Source: Spirochaetota bacterium (lineage in GTDB: Bacteria > Spirochaetota > UBA4802 > UBA5550). From it: DNA of 64,000 nucleotides. Under the pieces are notes generated by a model that saw only the letters and a list, made by a program, of their open reading frames with translations, was not told the DNA's origin and ran no database searches. Within the stretch, counting starts at the first letter, position 1; each line of letters opens with the position of its first letter. Both the position numbers and the translations under genes were made by a program. Shown here in pieces: positions 29,097 through 38,699 of this stretch. Location of the stretch: positions 800,001 to 864,000 of the forward strand of contig CAXXHB010000003.1 in assembly GCA_963664815.2 (NCBI GenBank), in the 5' to 3' direction.

Positions 29097-30596
29097 CTAA
29101 AAGAAAACGTATGTCACCAGAATAAATACCGGGATAAGAACCGGTATAGAGTATTTGAACATGTAGCCGAAAAAGCTAGGCATTCTGACGCCGGATTCCT
29201 CGGCGATTGATTTTGTCATAAAGTTCGGCGCGTTTCCTATATACGTATTTGCACCCATAAATACTGCCCCCGCGCTTATGGCTATGAGTGTCCCGGGAAA
29301 ATGGTTCATAAGGATATACGCATTCCCCCCTGCCGTGTTAAAGAACACAAGATAGGTAGGCGCATTGTCAAGGAAGCTTGAAAGTGCTCCGGCCGCCCAG
29401 AAAAAGTGCGAGTTAACAAAATGTCCCCCGGGATCGATAACCCCTTTTATTACCATCCCCATGGGACCCCCGGCACCCGCCCTGAGCATGGCAATGGGTG
29501 TAACCATGGTCATGAAAATAGTGGCAAAAAGCTTTGCTACTTCCTTTATAGGTTCCCAGCTGAAACCATTACCCTCCCGTATTGAAGCATCCGATACTTT
29601 AAGAGAAACAACCGTAATAAAAAGAAGAAGCGTAACCTGTAGTATGGAAGATACCGGGATTGCTACAAAATGAATAGTGAATGCTGTACCCATGTTGATC
29701 CCTGAAACAATGACAGCTCCGATAATGCACGGTATCAAGAGCATGTTGGGAACGCCGATGAGTCTCAGTTTTTCACCACCGGTTTTCTTAACAGGTTTAT
29801 TCTTCTCTTTTCTGTAATAATATGTATCCATGATAAAGAATATAACAAGCAGTATTGCCATGGTAAAGGCAACGAGAGGAAGCATATGTTTTACTGTCCA
29901 GAAAAAGTCCACGCCCTTAAGGAAACCGAGAAAAAGTGGCGGGTCTCCGAGCGGAGTAAGTCCCCCTCCGACATTGGCCACAACAAATATAACAAAAACA
30001 ACCACATGTGCGCTGTTTTTTCTCCATTCGTTGGCCTTAAGTATCGGCCTTATCATAAGCATTGCGGCGCCTGTAGTCCCCATTACGCTTGCAAGCGCCC
30101 CTCCGATAAAGATCATAACGGTGTTGACCAGCGGTTTCCCGGCAAGTTCACCCTTAAGCTGAATTCCCCCCGCAACGGTAAAGAGTGCAAGGAGGAGGGT
30201 TATAAAGGGGATAAATTCCAGTATATAAACTTCCATAAGGTAGAATGATCCGGCTGAAATTCCGAATTTAATGGAAAAAGCGCTGAAGAAAACAATCCAC
30301 CAGAACAGCGAAACCTTGCCGTAGTGATGGTGCCAGAAATGGGGAGCAAGAAGCGGAAAGAAAGCAATTGAAAGGAGTATCCCGAGAAAGGGTATAATCC
30401 ACAGCAGACTAAGGCTGCCGGCATTAATATGTGGGGCGGAATGAACCTGTAAATTCTCTGCGGTATGAGCTGCATTGGATGTGCTGTTTTCTGTTTTGAC
30501 TACAGAATGAGCTGTTTCAGCTTTTGCCTGAAATATTTCCGGAGATAACAGAATTAACGCTGACAGTGTAATAATTGATATGAATATTTTTTTCAT
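29097..30596 (-). CDS. Putative Na+/H+ antiporter (IT superfamily)
   Basis: Many TM helices; GTTGAAM, LTPLGDPPLFLGFLKGV, SSFLDNAPTY, TYIGNAPNFM; likely start MKKIF at 30596. Confidence 0.88.
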   Translation of the reverse strand: MKKIFISIITLSALILLSPEIFQAKAETAHSVVKTENSTSNAAHTAENLQVHSAPHINAGSLSLLWIIPFLGILLSIAFFPLLAPHFWHHHYGKVSLFWWIVFFSAFSIKFGISAGSFYLMEVYILEFIPFITLLLALFTVAGGIQLKGELAGKPLVNTVMIFIGGALASVMGTTGAAMLMIRPILKANEWRKNSAHVVVFVIFVVANVGGGLTPLGDPPLFLGFLKGVDFFWTVKHMLPLVAFTMAILLVIFFIMDTYYYRKEKNKPVKKTGGEKLRLIGVPNMLLIPCIIGAVIVSGINMGTAFTIHFVAIPVSSILQVTLLLFITVVSLKVSDASIREGNGFSWEPIKEVAKLFATIFMTMVTPIAMLRAGAGGPMGMVIKGVIDPGGHFVNSHFFWAAGALSSFLDNAPTYLVFFNTAGGNAYILMNHFPGTLIAISAGAVFMGANTYIGNAPNFMTKSIAEESGVRMPSFFGYMFKYSIPVLIPVFILVTYVFF

Positions 30597-30780
30597 TATA
30601 ATTCTCTCCGGAATGGTTATTATAAGTAAAAAGTTAATCCTCATTGTCAAACAGATAATTTTTTGGAATTTTTTATATATATAGCTTCTATATATCTTTA
30701 TATATCTTTCACAGATCCGGAACATGGAAAAGATCTTGACTGGACTGAAAGCCGCTGATAATTATTAAACAGGAGATCTT

Positions 30781-31635
30781 ATGAAAAGTTATCCGCTGAA
30801 AAAAGTGATACAATCACTCACACTGTCTTTTGCCATGTTTGCTCCCCTTGCAGCAAATACCACGCGCGATATAGGGTCTATGCCTAAACTTGAACCTTCT
30901 GTAATTAACAGGTGGATCCTTTTTTATACTAACATTGAGCGCGTAAAAAATAACATGCCCCCGCTGGAGTATGACACCATACTTGAAAAGGCGGCTGACT
31001 GGCAGGCGGGGTACTGCGCTAATGACCTCGGGGATTTAAGCCATTACAGCCGCAACCCTGAAATGAGCCATCCCGGTAAACGGATTAATCATTTCGGCGG
31101 AACATGGAGTACATATGGCGAAAACATAACGGTAGTATTCGCCACAAACTCGGAAAGTGTCAGATACTATTCCAGATCAGATGAAAAGGGTACATATAAA
31201 GATTACGGCAACCATACAATATACTGGCGAAACGACAGCCAGATTGCTTATTCCATGGTGGACAGCTGGATGAACTCATCTGGCCATCGGGCAAACATAC
31301 TTAACCGGAGTTTCTGCAGCATGGGTGGAGGGAGCTGTGCGGGAAAATACAGCGGACAGGAATCCTGGTATGGGGCACAGGTTTTTACGGGAAATTCAAA
31401 GATTGATTTTAAGACCGTAAAGGCGGAAAAGAAGGAAAGCGGGTATCAGATTCTCTATAAAGGCCAACTGGCAGTAAAATGCTTCGAATTGGCTGATAAA
31501 ACTGTTATAAAGGATGTCAGGGTAAGTCGTCAGAATGATATCTATATATGTGAATTAACCCCCGATCTGAAAGGTGAGGTTTTTGTCGCGCTGGCAGATG
31601 GAGAGATTGTTTATCCGGTGTTAAAGCTGAAATAG
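30781..31635 (+). CDS. Secreted CAP (SCP) domain protein
   Basis: TNIERVKNNMPPL, LSH, GENI, WMNSSGHRANIL; AGGAG RBS. Confidence 0.9.
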   Translation: MKSYPLKKVIQSLTLSFAMFAPLAANTTRDIGSMPKLEPSVINRWILFYTNIERVKNNMPPLEYDTILEKAADWQAGYCANDLGDLSHYSRNPEMSHPGKRINHFGGTWSTYGENITVVFATNSESVRYYSRSDEKGTYKDYGNHTIYWRNDSQIAYSMVDSWMNSSGHRANILNRSFCSMGGGSCAGKYSGQESWYGAQVFTGNSKIDFKTVKAEKKESGYQILYKGQLAVKCFELADKTVIKDVRVSRQNDIYICELTPDLKGEVFVALADGEIVYPVLKLK

Positions 31636-31693
31636 AAGCAGTCAGTAGTGTGCTGAATTATTTATAACCGGAAAGTACAGAGGTGCAGAGAAG

Positions 31694-32167
31694 ATGATTC
31701 CTGAAAAAGTAAGGGTGGCTCTTGATCTTCACGGGCTTGAGGCTGTCGAATTTGAAGAGGGGAGTACCCCTACGTCTGAACTTGCAGCGCAAAGGCTGGG
31801 GGTTGAAGTCGGACAGATCGCCAAGTCTATACTGATGAAAGGGAAAGATGATAAATACAGGATGGTACTCTGTGCCGGGGATAGAAAAATATCGGCATCT
31901 CTTTTTAAAAAACTTACAGGAGTCAAAGCGAGAATGGCGACTGCCGATGAAGTGTTTGACGTTACAGGTTTCAGGCCAGGGGGTGTAAGCCCGTTTGGAG
32001 TCACCGGGATAGAAATATATATAGATGAAAGCCTTGCCGCTTACAGTAAAGTATACCCATCCGCCGGTAATGATGCATCAGGCGTTCCGACAGACTTCAG
32101 TACACTCCTTGCAATAACTGGAAACAGAAGCTGCTGCGTAACAGTATTGCCGGAGGAAGCCGGATGA
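31694..32167 (+). CDS. YbaK/EbsC aminoacyl-tRNA deacylase family protein
   Basis: QIAKSIL, TGFRPGGVSPFG, IYIDESL. Confidence 0.9.
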   Translation: MIPEKVRVALDLHGLEAVEFEEGSTPTSELAAQRLGVEVGQIAKSILMKGKDDKYRMVLCAGDRKISASLFKKLTGVKARMATADEVFDVTGFRPGGVSPFGVTGIEIYIDESLAAYSKVYPSAGNDASGVPTDFSTLLAITGNRSCCVTVLPEEAG

Positions 32168-32249
32168 AGGAAATCGGCTGATTCAGGATACGGATATTTA
32201 TGGACAGGCAGACTAAATCCATACAGAAATCTTTTATGTATAGAGTAAA

Positions 32250-33005
32250 ATGGAAAAAAACAGTTCAATAGAATCGATAAATATAGATCGTCTCCCAGGT
32301 AATTTAAAGAAGCATTTTCACGAAAGCTTTTCTGTGACATTTATTGAAAATGGCGAATGCACACTGCTGGTTGAGGAAAAATTATATTCAGTTCAGGGTG
32401 GGGATGTTGTTTTAATATCCGGATATATTCCCCACGCCTGCGTGCCGTTTCCCGGATCGGATGTTTCCTACAAAGTGATAATGATATCTGATGAAATAAC
32501 AGAGAGCTATAATTTAACTGAAAAACTCGCTGTAATAAGAGAACCCCGCAGATTTCCGGCTTTAAGCGGCATATCACATTTCAATTTACCATACAATTGC
32601 GGTGAATACCATGAGGAAATATCAGAATACCTCTCCGGCCTTCTTCAGGCTTATAACAATAATTTCAGCGATTCCCAATTGCCCTGTGTTTCCCTTTCCA
32701 TGAAGAGAATAGCTGATTATATAAGTGCCGGATGGCAGAGGGATATAACTCTTGATGAATTATCAGAAATCTCCGGCCTTAGTAAATATCACCTGGTTAA
32801 AAGGTTTAGAAGAGAGTTCGGAATGACTCCACACTCATATTCTGTAAATGTCAGGATAAACAGAGCCAGGATACTTCTTAAGTCCGATACCCCTCTTGCA
32901 GACCTTTCACTTGATCTGGGATTTTACGACCAGAGTCATTTCTGTAATACCTTTTTAAAATATACCGGTCTGACACCATTAAAATACAGAAAATTATTGA
33001 GCTGA
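32250..33005 (+). CDS. AraC family transcriptional regulator
   Basis: HFHE cupin N-terminus; LSKYHLVKRFRREFGMTPH, LGFYDQSHF, GLTPLKYR. Confidence 0.93.
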   Translation: MEKNSSIESINIDRLPGNLKKHFHESFSVTFIENGECTLLVEEKLYSVQGGDVVLISGYIPHACVPFPGSDVSYKVIMISDEITESYNLTEKLAVIREPRRFPALSGISHFNLPYNCGEYHEEISEYLSGLLQAYNNNFSDSQLPCVSLSMKRIADYISAGWQRDITLDELSEISGLSKYHLVKRFRREFGMTPHSYSVNVRINRARILLKSDTPLADLSLDLGFYDQSHFCNTFLKYTGLTPLKYRKLLS

Positions 33006-33078
33006 CAGCAATTTTTTCCAATACAGAGAAAATCACAATGTTAAAATTACGCATATTTATCCGGTTAACAGGTGAAAT

Positions 33079-33477
33079 ATGAAAATTGTAATTATACTTG
33101 ATGATAATCTTCCGGCAGGAGTGATGGCAAATACAGCTGCAGCTCTTGCCATGAGCTGTTCTCTTAAAATTCCGGGCATTGTAGGGGAGGATGTGCAGGA
33201 TGCCGATATGCAGATACACCCGGGACTTCTCACAACCCCTGTTGCGATCCTTTCTTCAAATGGGAAAAACCTTGTCAATTTAAAGAATGCAGCTGAAGCG
33301 GCGGATCTTGGTGTAATTGGTTTTACTGATATTGCAAGAAAATCGAGATCTTATAAAGATTATATTAAATTGATGTCTGCAGCAGGGGCAGGGGAGCTGA
33401 ATTATATTGGTATCTGTATATATGGCGAAAAAAGTAAAGTAACAGGTATAACGGGCGCTCTGCCGCTTGTGAAATAA
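33079..33477 (+). CDS. DUF2000 (PTH2-like fold) protein
   Basis: KIVIILDDNLPAGVMANTAAAL, VGEDVQDAD..HPGL, GICIYG..V..ITGALPL. Confidence 0.8.
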   Translation: MKIVIILDDNLPAGVMANTAAALAMSCSLKIPGIVGEDVQDADMQIHPGLLTTPVAILSSNGKNLVNLKNAAEAADLGVIGFTDIARKSRSYKDYIKLMSAAGAGELNYIGICIYGEKSKVTGITGALPLVK

Positions 33478-33494
33478 ACAAAGGTGGTGAAAAA

Positions 33495-33821
33495 ATGTTT
33501 TCGAAGAAGAGTGAAGGGATATACAGGGATATGCTTCCCGGTATACAGATGCGTACTGCATCATATGGGGACAGGACTCTTATGAGCGAGTTTATTCTTG
33601 AAAAGGGATCTGCTCTGCCATCTCACAGTCATGTCCAGGAACAGACCGGTTATCTTGTTTCGGGGAGAATAACACTTAAAATCGACGGCAGAATTTATGA
33701 AACGTTCCCTGGCGACAGCTGGTGTGTTGAATCGGGGGTGGAACACTCTGCTGTTGCTCTGGAGAATTCAGTCGCAGTTGAGGTATTTTCACCGGTACGG
33801 GAGGATTATCTTCCGGGATAG
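33495..33821 (+). CDS. Cupin domain protein
   Basis: PSHSHVQEQTGY, GVEHSA, VEVFSPVREDY. Confidence 0.9.
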   Translation: MFSKKSEGIYRDMLPGIQMRTASYGDRTLMSEFILEKGSALPSHSHVQEQTGYLVSGRITLKIDGRIYETFPGDSWCVESGVEHSAVALENSVAVEVFSPVREDYLPG

Positions 33822-33879
33822 AATCCTGTATCATTAACATTTTCAGAGTGGAGAAAGAAATATCTTTTTTCAGGATAAC

Positions 33880-33990
33880 TTTCCATGAGGAACATTTTTT
33901 ATAATATATAATGCTCTATTCTCACAGCCTCAAAGGGCGACTTTGATATCAAAACGTTTATTTTTACACTAAAATGTATATTAAGGAATT
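33880..33990 (+). repeat. Degenerate third copy of the ~105-113 bp element
   Basis: Shares AATGCTCTATTC (33910-33921) and TTTTACACTAAAATGTATATTAAGGAATT with the reverse complement of 42943-43046; left boundary approximate. Confidence 0.6.
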
Positions 33991-34282
33991 AGTAACTGAT
34001 ATATATTAAAAACCTTCATGTATTATATATAGGGTTTTAATGTATATGCGGTCGGATTTCGCATATATACAGAAACCAGTCATTTGCACGACTATCCTTC
34101 ATACAGCTTTTTTATTTGCGCTTTCCGGGAGCAGTGTGTCGCTGCTTAATTTTCATTTTTCTTGACATAAATTTCCATGTATGAAATTAGTCTCAGGAAT
34201 TAAGTTTACCCCTTATACCGGTTTAAACTTCATACCGGATCAGGAAACGCTTAAGTTAAATAAAATACTCTCCGGGATTGAG

Positions 34283-34492
34283 ATGAAAGGAAAAATTGAA
34301 ATAAACCAGGAACTATGCAAGGGGTGCGAACTCTGTATTCATTTTTGTCCGAAAAAGCTTATTACTCTTTCGGAAAATCTGAACAGGGCTGGTTATCTCC
34401 CTTCAGAATTTAAAGAGACTAAAGAATGTACCGGTTGCGCTACATGCGCAACGGTCTGTCCGGAAGTTGCAATAGAGGTGTATCGTGGCTAA
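34283..34492 (+). CDS. 2x[4Fe-4S] ferredoxin (delta subunit of 2-oxoacid:ferredoxin oxidoreductase)
   Basis: CKGCELCIHFCP and CTGCATCATVCP; start taken at MKGKI. Confidence 0.92.
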   Translation: MKGKIEINQELCKGCELCIHFCPKKLITLSENLNRAGYLPSEFKETKECTGCATCATVCPEVAIEVYRG

Positions 34493-35555
34493 AGTACTTA
34501 TGACAGGAAATGCGGCAATCGCGGAAGCAGCAATCAGGGCTGGATGCCAATGTTATTTCGGTTATCCCATTACGCCGCAGAATGAACTCACAGAATACAT
34601 GGCTGCCAATTTAAGCCGAAGGCCGGGATGTACTTTTATCCAGGCTGAAAGCGAAATTGCAGCAATTAACATGGTCTATGGAGCCAGCGTAACAGGCGCA
34701 AGGGCTATGACATCATCGTCAAGCCCCGGGATAAGCCTGAAGCAGGAGGGGATTTCATACCTGGCGGCATGTCAGCTCCCTGCTGTTATAGTGAATATGT
34801 CAAGAGGGGGTCCGGGTCTCGGGTGTATATCAGCTGCCCAGTCGGACTATTTCCAGTCCACGCGCGGAGGGGGGCATGGAGATTACAGAACAGTTGTCCT
34901 CGCGCCGTCATCGGTACAGGAACTTGCCGATGCAACGCACAGAGCTTTTGAACTGACTGACAAGTACTCAATACCTGTACTGATTCTTGGCGACGGAATG
35001 CTGGGACAGATGATGGAGCCGGTTGAGTTCAGACATGAGGCGCCTGCCGTTCCGCCGGTGAGGGCAAATGGCCTCAGAGGGGCAAAGGGGCGGCCAAGCA
35101 GATTTATCCGCTCCTTTACATCCAATGCCTCAGAGCTTGAAGAGCTGAACTGGAGCCTCTACAGGAGGTATCAGCAGCTGCAGGAAGAGGAGACCACATG
35201 TGAAAACTTCATGACAGATGATGCTGCCCTTGTAGTCACTGCTTATGGTATTGCGGCGCGTATAGCAAAAGGAGCAATTACCAACGCCCGGTCTATGGGG
35301 ATGAAGGTCGGCATGTTCAGACCTGTAACACTCTGGCCTTTTCCGAAAGAACAGCTGAAGGACCTGTCAAAAAACACAAAGTATTTTCTGGATTTTGAAA
35401 TGAATATGGGCCAGATGATTGACGATGTTAAACTCTCGCTTGAAGGTAAAGGGGATGTTACCTTCTATGGAAGGCCCGGCGGTGTTATACCGACGTCATC
35501 CGAAGTTCTGCGCGTAATAACGCGTTTATATTACCAGAAAGGATTGAACAGTTAA
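34485..35555 (+). CDS. vorB: 2-oxoacid:ferredoxin oxidoreductase alpha subunit (VorB-type)
   Basis: YFGYPITPQNE, QAESEIAA, TSSSSPGISLKQE, RPVTLWPFP. Confidence 0.88.
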   Translation: MAKVLMTGNAAIAEAAIRAGCQCYFGYPITPQNELTEYMAANLSRRPGCTFIQAESEIAAINMVYGASVTGARAMTSSSSPGISLKQEGISYLAACQLPAVIVNMSRGGPGLGCISAAQSDYFQSTRGGGHGDYRTVVLAPSSVQELADATHRAFELTDKYSIPVLILGDGMLGQMMEPVEFRHEAPAVPPVRANGLRGAKGRPSRFIRSFTSNASELEELNWSLYRRYQQLQEEETTCENFMTDDAALVVTAYGIAARIAKGAITNARSMGMKVGMFRPVTLWPFPKEQLKDLSKNTKYFLDFEMNMGQMIDDVKLSLEGKGDVTFYGRPGGVIPTSSEVLRVITRLYYQKGLNS

Positions 35556-35559
35556 TTAA

Positions 35560-36315
35560 ATGGAAAAAATATTTACCAGACCAAAATCCCTTAAAAAAGC
35601 GGTATTCCATTACTGCCCGGGGTGCGGCCATTCAATAATACACAGACTTATATGTGAAGTAATTGATGAACTTAACATACAGGATAAAACAATAGGCGTC
35701 CCGCCCCCCGGGTGCTCCGTATTTGCCTACTACTATTTTGATGTGGATATGATCGAATCCCCGCATGGAAGAGGAGCGGCTGTTGCAACCGGTATAAAAA
35801 GGGCAAATCCTGAAGCAATTGTTTTTTCATACCAGGGTGACGGAGATCTTGCAGCAATAGGAACAGGTGAAACTCTTCACGCGGCTAACAGAGGGGAAAA
35901 TATAACCGCTATTTTCATCAACAATGCCGTTTACGGAATGACAGGGGGACAGATGGCTCCCACAACCATGCTGGGGATGAAAACAACCACTTCACCATTC
36001 GGGCGAGATCCTGAGTTCGATGGCCACCCTATAAAGATGAGTGAAATAATCGGGCAGGTTGAAGGGGCATCCTATGTTGAGAGGGTTGCTGTAAATTCAC
36101 CGGCCAATATACGAAAGGCAAAGAAGGCCATAAAGAAGGCATTTCAGAACCAGATAGACGGCAAAGGGTATTCTCTCGTTGAAATACTCTCACCATGCCC
36201 AACTAACTGGAAAATGGGTGCAATTGAGTCATGGAACTGGGTTGAAGAGGTTATGTCAAAGAAATTTCCGATCGGAATAATAAAGGATACTACAGGGGAA
36301 ACTCATGCTGATTAA
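35560..36315 (+). CDS. 2-oxoacid:ferredoxin oxidoreductase beta (TPP-binding) subunit
   Basis: YCPGCGH, QGDGDLAAIG, NNAVYGMTGGQMAPTT, SPCPTNW. Confidence 0.93.
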   Translation: MEKIFTRPKSLKKAVFHYCPGCGHSIIHRLICEVIDELNIQDKTIGVPPPGCSVFAYYYFDVDMIESPHGRGAAVATGIKRANPEAIVFSYQGDGDLAAIGTGETLHAANRGENITAIFINNAVYGMTGGQMAPTTMLGMKTTTSPFGRDPEFDGHPIKMSEIIGQVEGASYVERVAVNSPANIRKAKKAIKKAFQNQIDGKGYSLVEILSPCPTNWKMGAIESWNWVEEVMSKKFPIGIIKDTTGETHAD

Positions 36316-36835
36316 AACTATATTTGCCGGTTTCGGGGGACAGGGTGTTCTGTCAATGGGGCTGAATCTTGCCCAGGCAGCAATGATCGAAAACAGACAT
36401 GTAACATATCTGCCTGCATACGGCGCGGAAGTCCGCGGAGGGACTGCCAACTGTACAGTTTCTGTATCTGATGAGGAGATCGCCTCACCTGTGGCATCAT
36501 CCCCGACTTTTGTTGTGGCCATGAATCAGCCGTCAATGATAAGGTTTCAGAACAGGATACAGTCCGGGGGAATTTTTTTCCTTAATTCGTCGCTTATTAA
36601 GGAACAGGTAAGCCGCGGCGATATGGAAATAGTAAATATACCTGCAAACGCCCTTGCAGAACAGATGGGAAATGTAAAATCGGCCAACATGATAATGCTG
36701 GGAGCTTTCATAAAAAAAAGCAACATAGTGCATCTGGACAGTATTGTTGAAGGTCTGGAAGTTGTATTAAAGGGGAACAGGAAGTTAATTACAATAAATA
36801 AAGACGCCCTTTCGAAAGGGTATGAACTTTTGTAG
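36305..36835 (+). CDS. 2-oxoacid:ferredoxin oxidoreductase gamma subunit
   Basis: AGFGGQGVL, YGAEVRGGTANC, ANMIMLGA. Confidence 0.93.
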   Translation: MLIKTIFAGFGGQGVLSMGLNLAQAAMIENRHVTYLPAYGAEVRGGTANCTVSVSDEEIASPVASSPTFVVAMNQPSMIRFQNRIQSGGIFFLNSSLIKEQVSRGDMEIVNIPANALAEQMGNVKSANMIMLGAFIKKSNIVHLDSIVEGLEVVLKGNRKLITINKDALSKGYELL

Positions 36836-36930
36836 TCAGGCAGTTTTATAAATGTTCAGTCTGCTGCATCATTTCATGCCTGGCAGTGACAGAAATAAAA
36901 CGGATTATGATATAAATTCTGGAGATTAAA

Positions 36931-37362
36931 ATGTGTGTAAAACAGATTTCTGTAAGTCTCAGCAATGAGCCGGGACAATTTCTTGCAATAAGTGAAAACC
37001 TTGGGGCTGAAGGGATAAATATAAGAGCGATTTCAGTAGCGGATACAGCTGACATCAGCACTGTAAGATTTGTCACTGATGATCCGGAAAAGACCGTTAT
37101 GGTTCTCAAAAGCCACAGTTATTCAGTAAAGGAAAAAGATGTAATCGCAGTTGAGATACCGGACCATCCCGGCGGTCTGCAGGCAATACTTAAACCTCTT
37201 AATACAGCCGGGATTAATGTACATTACTTTTATACTTTTCTCGGCAGGGGTGCAAGCGGGCAGGCTATTGTTATAATTGGGGTTGACAGAACCGCCGAAG
37301 CTGTTGAGATCTTCAGGAAAAACTGGGTTAAAACCTTTGGTGATGAAATATATTCGCTCTGA
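36931..37362 (+). CDS. Tandem ACT domain protein
   Basis: KQISVSLSNEPGQ..GINIRAIS and AVEIPDHPGGL..GINVHYFY. Confidence 0.88.
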   Translation: MCVKQISVSLSNEPGQFLAISENLGAEGINIRAISVADTADISTVRFVTDDPEKTVMVLKSHSYSVKEKDVIAVEIPDHPGGLQAILKPLNTAGINVHYFYTFLGRGASGQAIVIIGVDRTAEAVEIFRKNWVKTFGDEIYSL

Positions 37363-37367
37363 CAGGC

Positions 37368-37392
37368 AAAGCCGGCTTTCAGCCGGCTTTTT
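37368..37392 (+). terminator. Rho-independent terminator of the oxidoreductase/ACT operon
   Basis: AAAGCCGGCT-TTC-AGCCGGCTTT then TT, directly after the stop. Confidence 0.85.
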
Positions 37393-37470
37393 TAATGATA
37401 TAATGTTATGTGGCAGAGGTGACGTTTACCTATACTGCGGCCGGTGTAAATCCGGCAGTTGTTCAGACTG

Positions 37471-38658
37471 ATGTATTCAGAAACAGTATCAGGCAGCAGG
37501 CAGTATCAGCTTATAGCAGGAGTTTTTATAGCCGGGTTCTGTGTTTTTCTTCAGTTGTATTCTCCTCAGCCGCTTCTTGTTGTTTTCCGCGGATATTTTG
37601 GTGAATCCGAAGCGCGTGTAAGCCTGATAGTCTCTTCGGCAGCATTTGCCGTAGCAATCTCATCTCCGGTCATCGGGATGTTTGCAGATTCCATCGGCCG
37701 TAAAAAAATTATAGTCCCATGCATATTTATTTTGTCAGCCGCTACCCTCGGATGTGCAGCCGCACAGAATCTGAATCAGCTTATAATCTTCCGATTAATT
37801 GCAGGCGCATGCACCCCGGGCGTAGTTGCGGTGATTATTGCATATATAAGCGAAGAAGCTGAGAGCGGCACTACCGGTTCAGTTATGGCTCTTTATGTTA
37901 CAGGCACAGTTCTGGGTGGGCTTACAGGAAGATTATCGGCTGCTTTCATTGCCGATTTTTTTATATGGAGGTTTTCATTTGTCTTTTTAAGTATACTTAC
38001 CTTCCTTGGAGCAATATCAGTATGGATATTTCTCCCGGTATCAGGGAATTTTCAAAAAGTTCCGGAGCGGCGTAATGTTATTTCGGCAATGATAAGGCAT
38101 TTGGGAAACAGAAAACTGATTGCAACATATATTACCGGTTTTAATGCACTTTTCTGTCATGTCGGACTTTTTACTTATGCAAATTTTTATCTGTCAAAGC
38201 CGCCCTTCTCCCTGTCGACATCATCACTGGGATTGATATTTATTGTTTATGCCCTTGGTCTGGTGATAACGCCTCTTGCGGGACGGATCATTGATCATAT
38301 AGGTTATTGTTCAGGGGCAATAGCGGCAATAGGGTTAATTGTTGCGGGACTCCTGCTTACATTGTTCAGTAATCTGCCGGTTTTTATATTCGGGCTTGCA
38401 GTAGCTTCAACCGGAATTTTTATTATTCAGTCATCGGCATCCGGCCATGTAGGTCATGTATCTGAAGGAGCGCGTTCGGCTGCTACCGGTCTTTATGTTG
38501 CATTCTATTATCTCGGAGGATCAGCCGGAGCTACTGCCCTTATATTCCCATGGGACCTCGGCGGGTGGAAAGCCATTATTACGGCAATGATACTGGTGCA
38601 GTGCATCTCTTTTATTTTTGTTTTAAAATATTTTGACAGGATTCCAGGCGGGAATTAG
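37471..38658 (+). CDS. MFS transporter (YnfM-like)
   Basis: QLYSPQPLL, GMFADSIGRKK motif A, AYISEE, YYLGGSAG; about 12 TM helices; track start is TTG 37459. Confidence 0.9.
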   Translation: MYSETVSGSRQYQLIAGVFIAGFCVFLQLYSPQPLLVVFRGYFGESEARVSLIVSSAAFAVAISSPVIGMFADSIGRKKIIVPCIFILSAATLGCAAAQNLNQLIIFRLIAGACTPGVVAVIIAYISEEAESGTTGSVMALYVTGTVLGGLTGRLSAAFIADFFIWRFSFVFLSILTFLGAISVWIFLPVSGNFQKVPERRNVISAMIRHLGNRKLIATYITGFNALFCHVGLFTYANFYLSKPPFSLSTSSLGLIFIVYALGLVITPLAGRIIDHIGYCSGAIAAIGLIVAGLLLTLFSNLPVFIFGLAVASTGIFIIQSSASGHVGHVSEGARSAATGLYVAFYYLGGSAGATALIFPWDLGGWKAIITAMILVQCISFIFVLKYFDRIPGGN

Positions 38659-38699
38659 GTATTCAATGAAATGCCCGACCTGTTGATGCATGGATTTTT

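Noticed and set aside
30597-30725. N-terminal extensions given by the ORF track (also 34181-34282, 53775-53924, 60304-60402)
   Set aside because: These are AT-rich intergenic-like sequences; downstream ATGs fit RBS position, signal peptides or family N-termini better.
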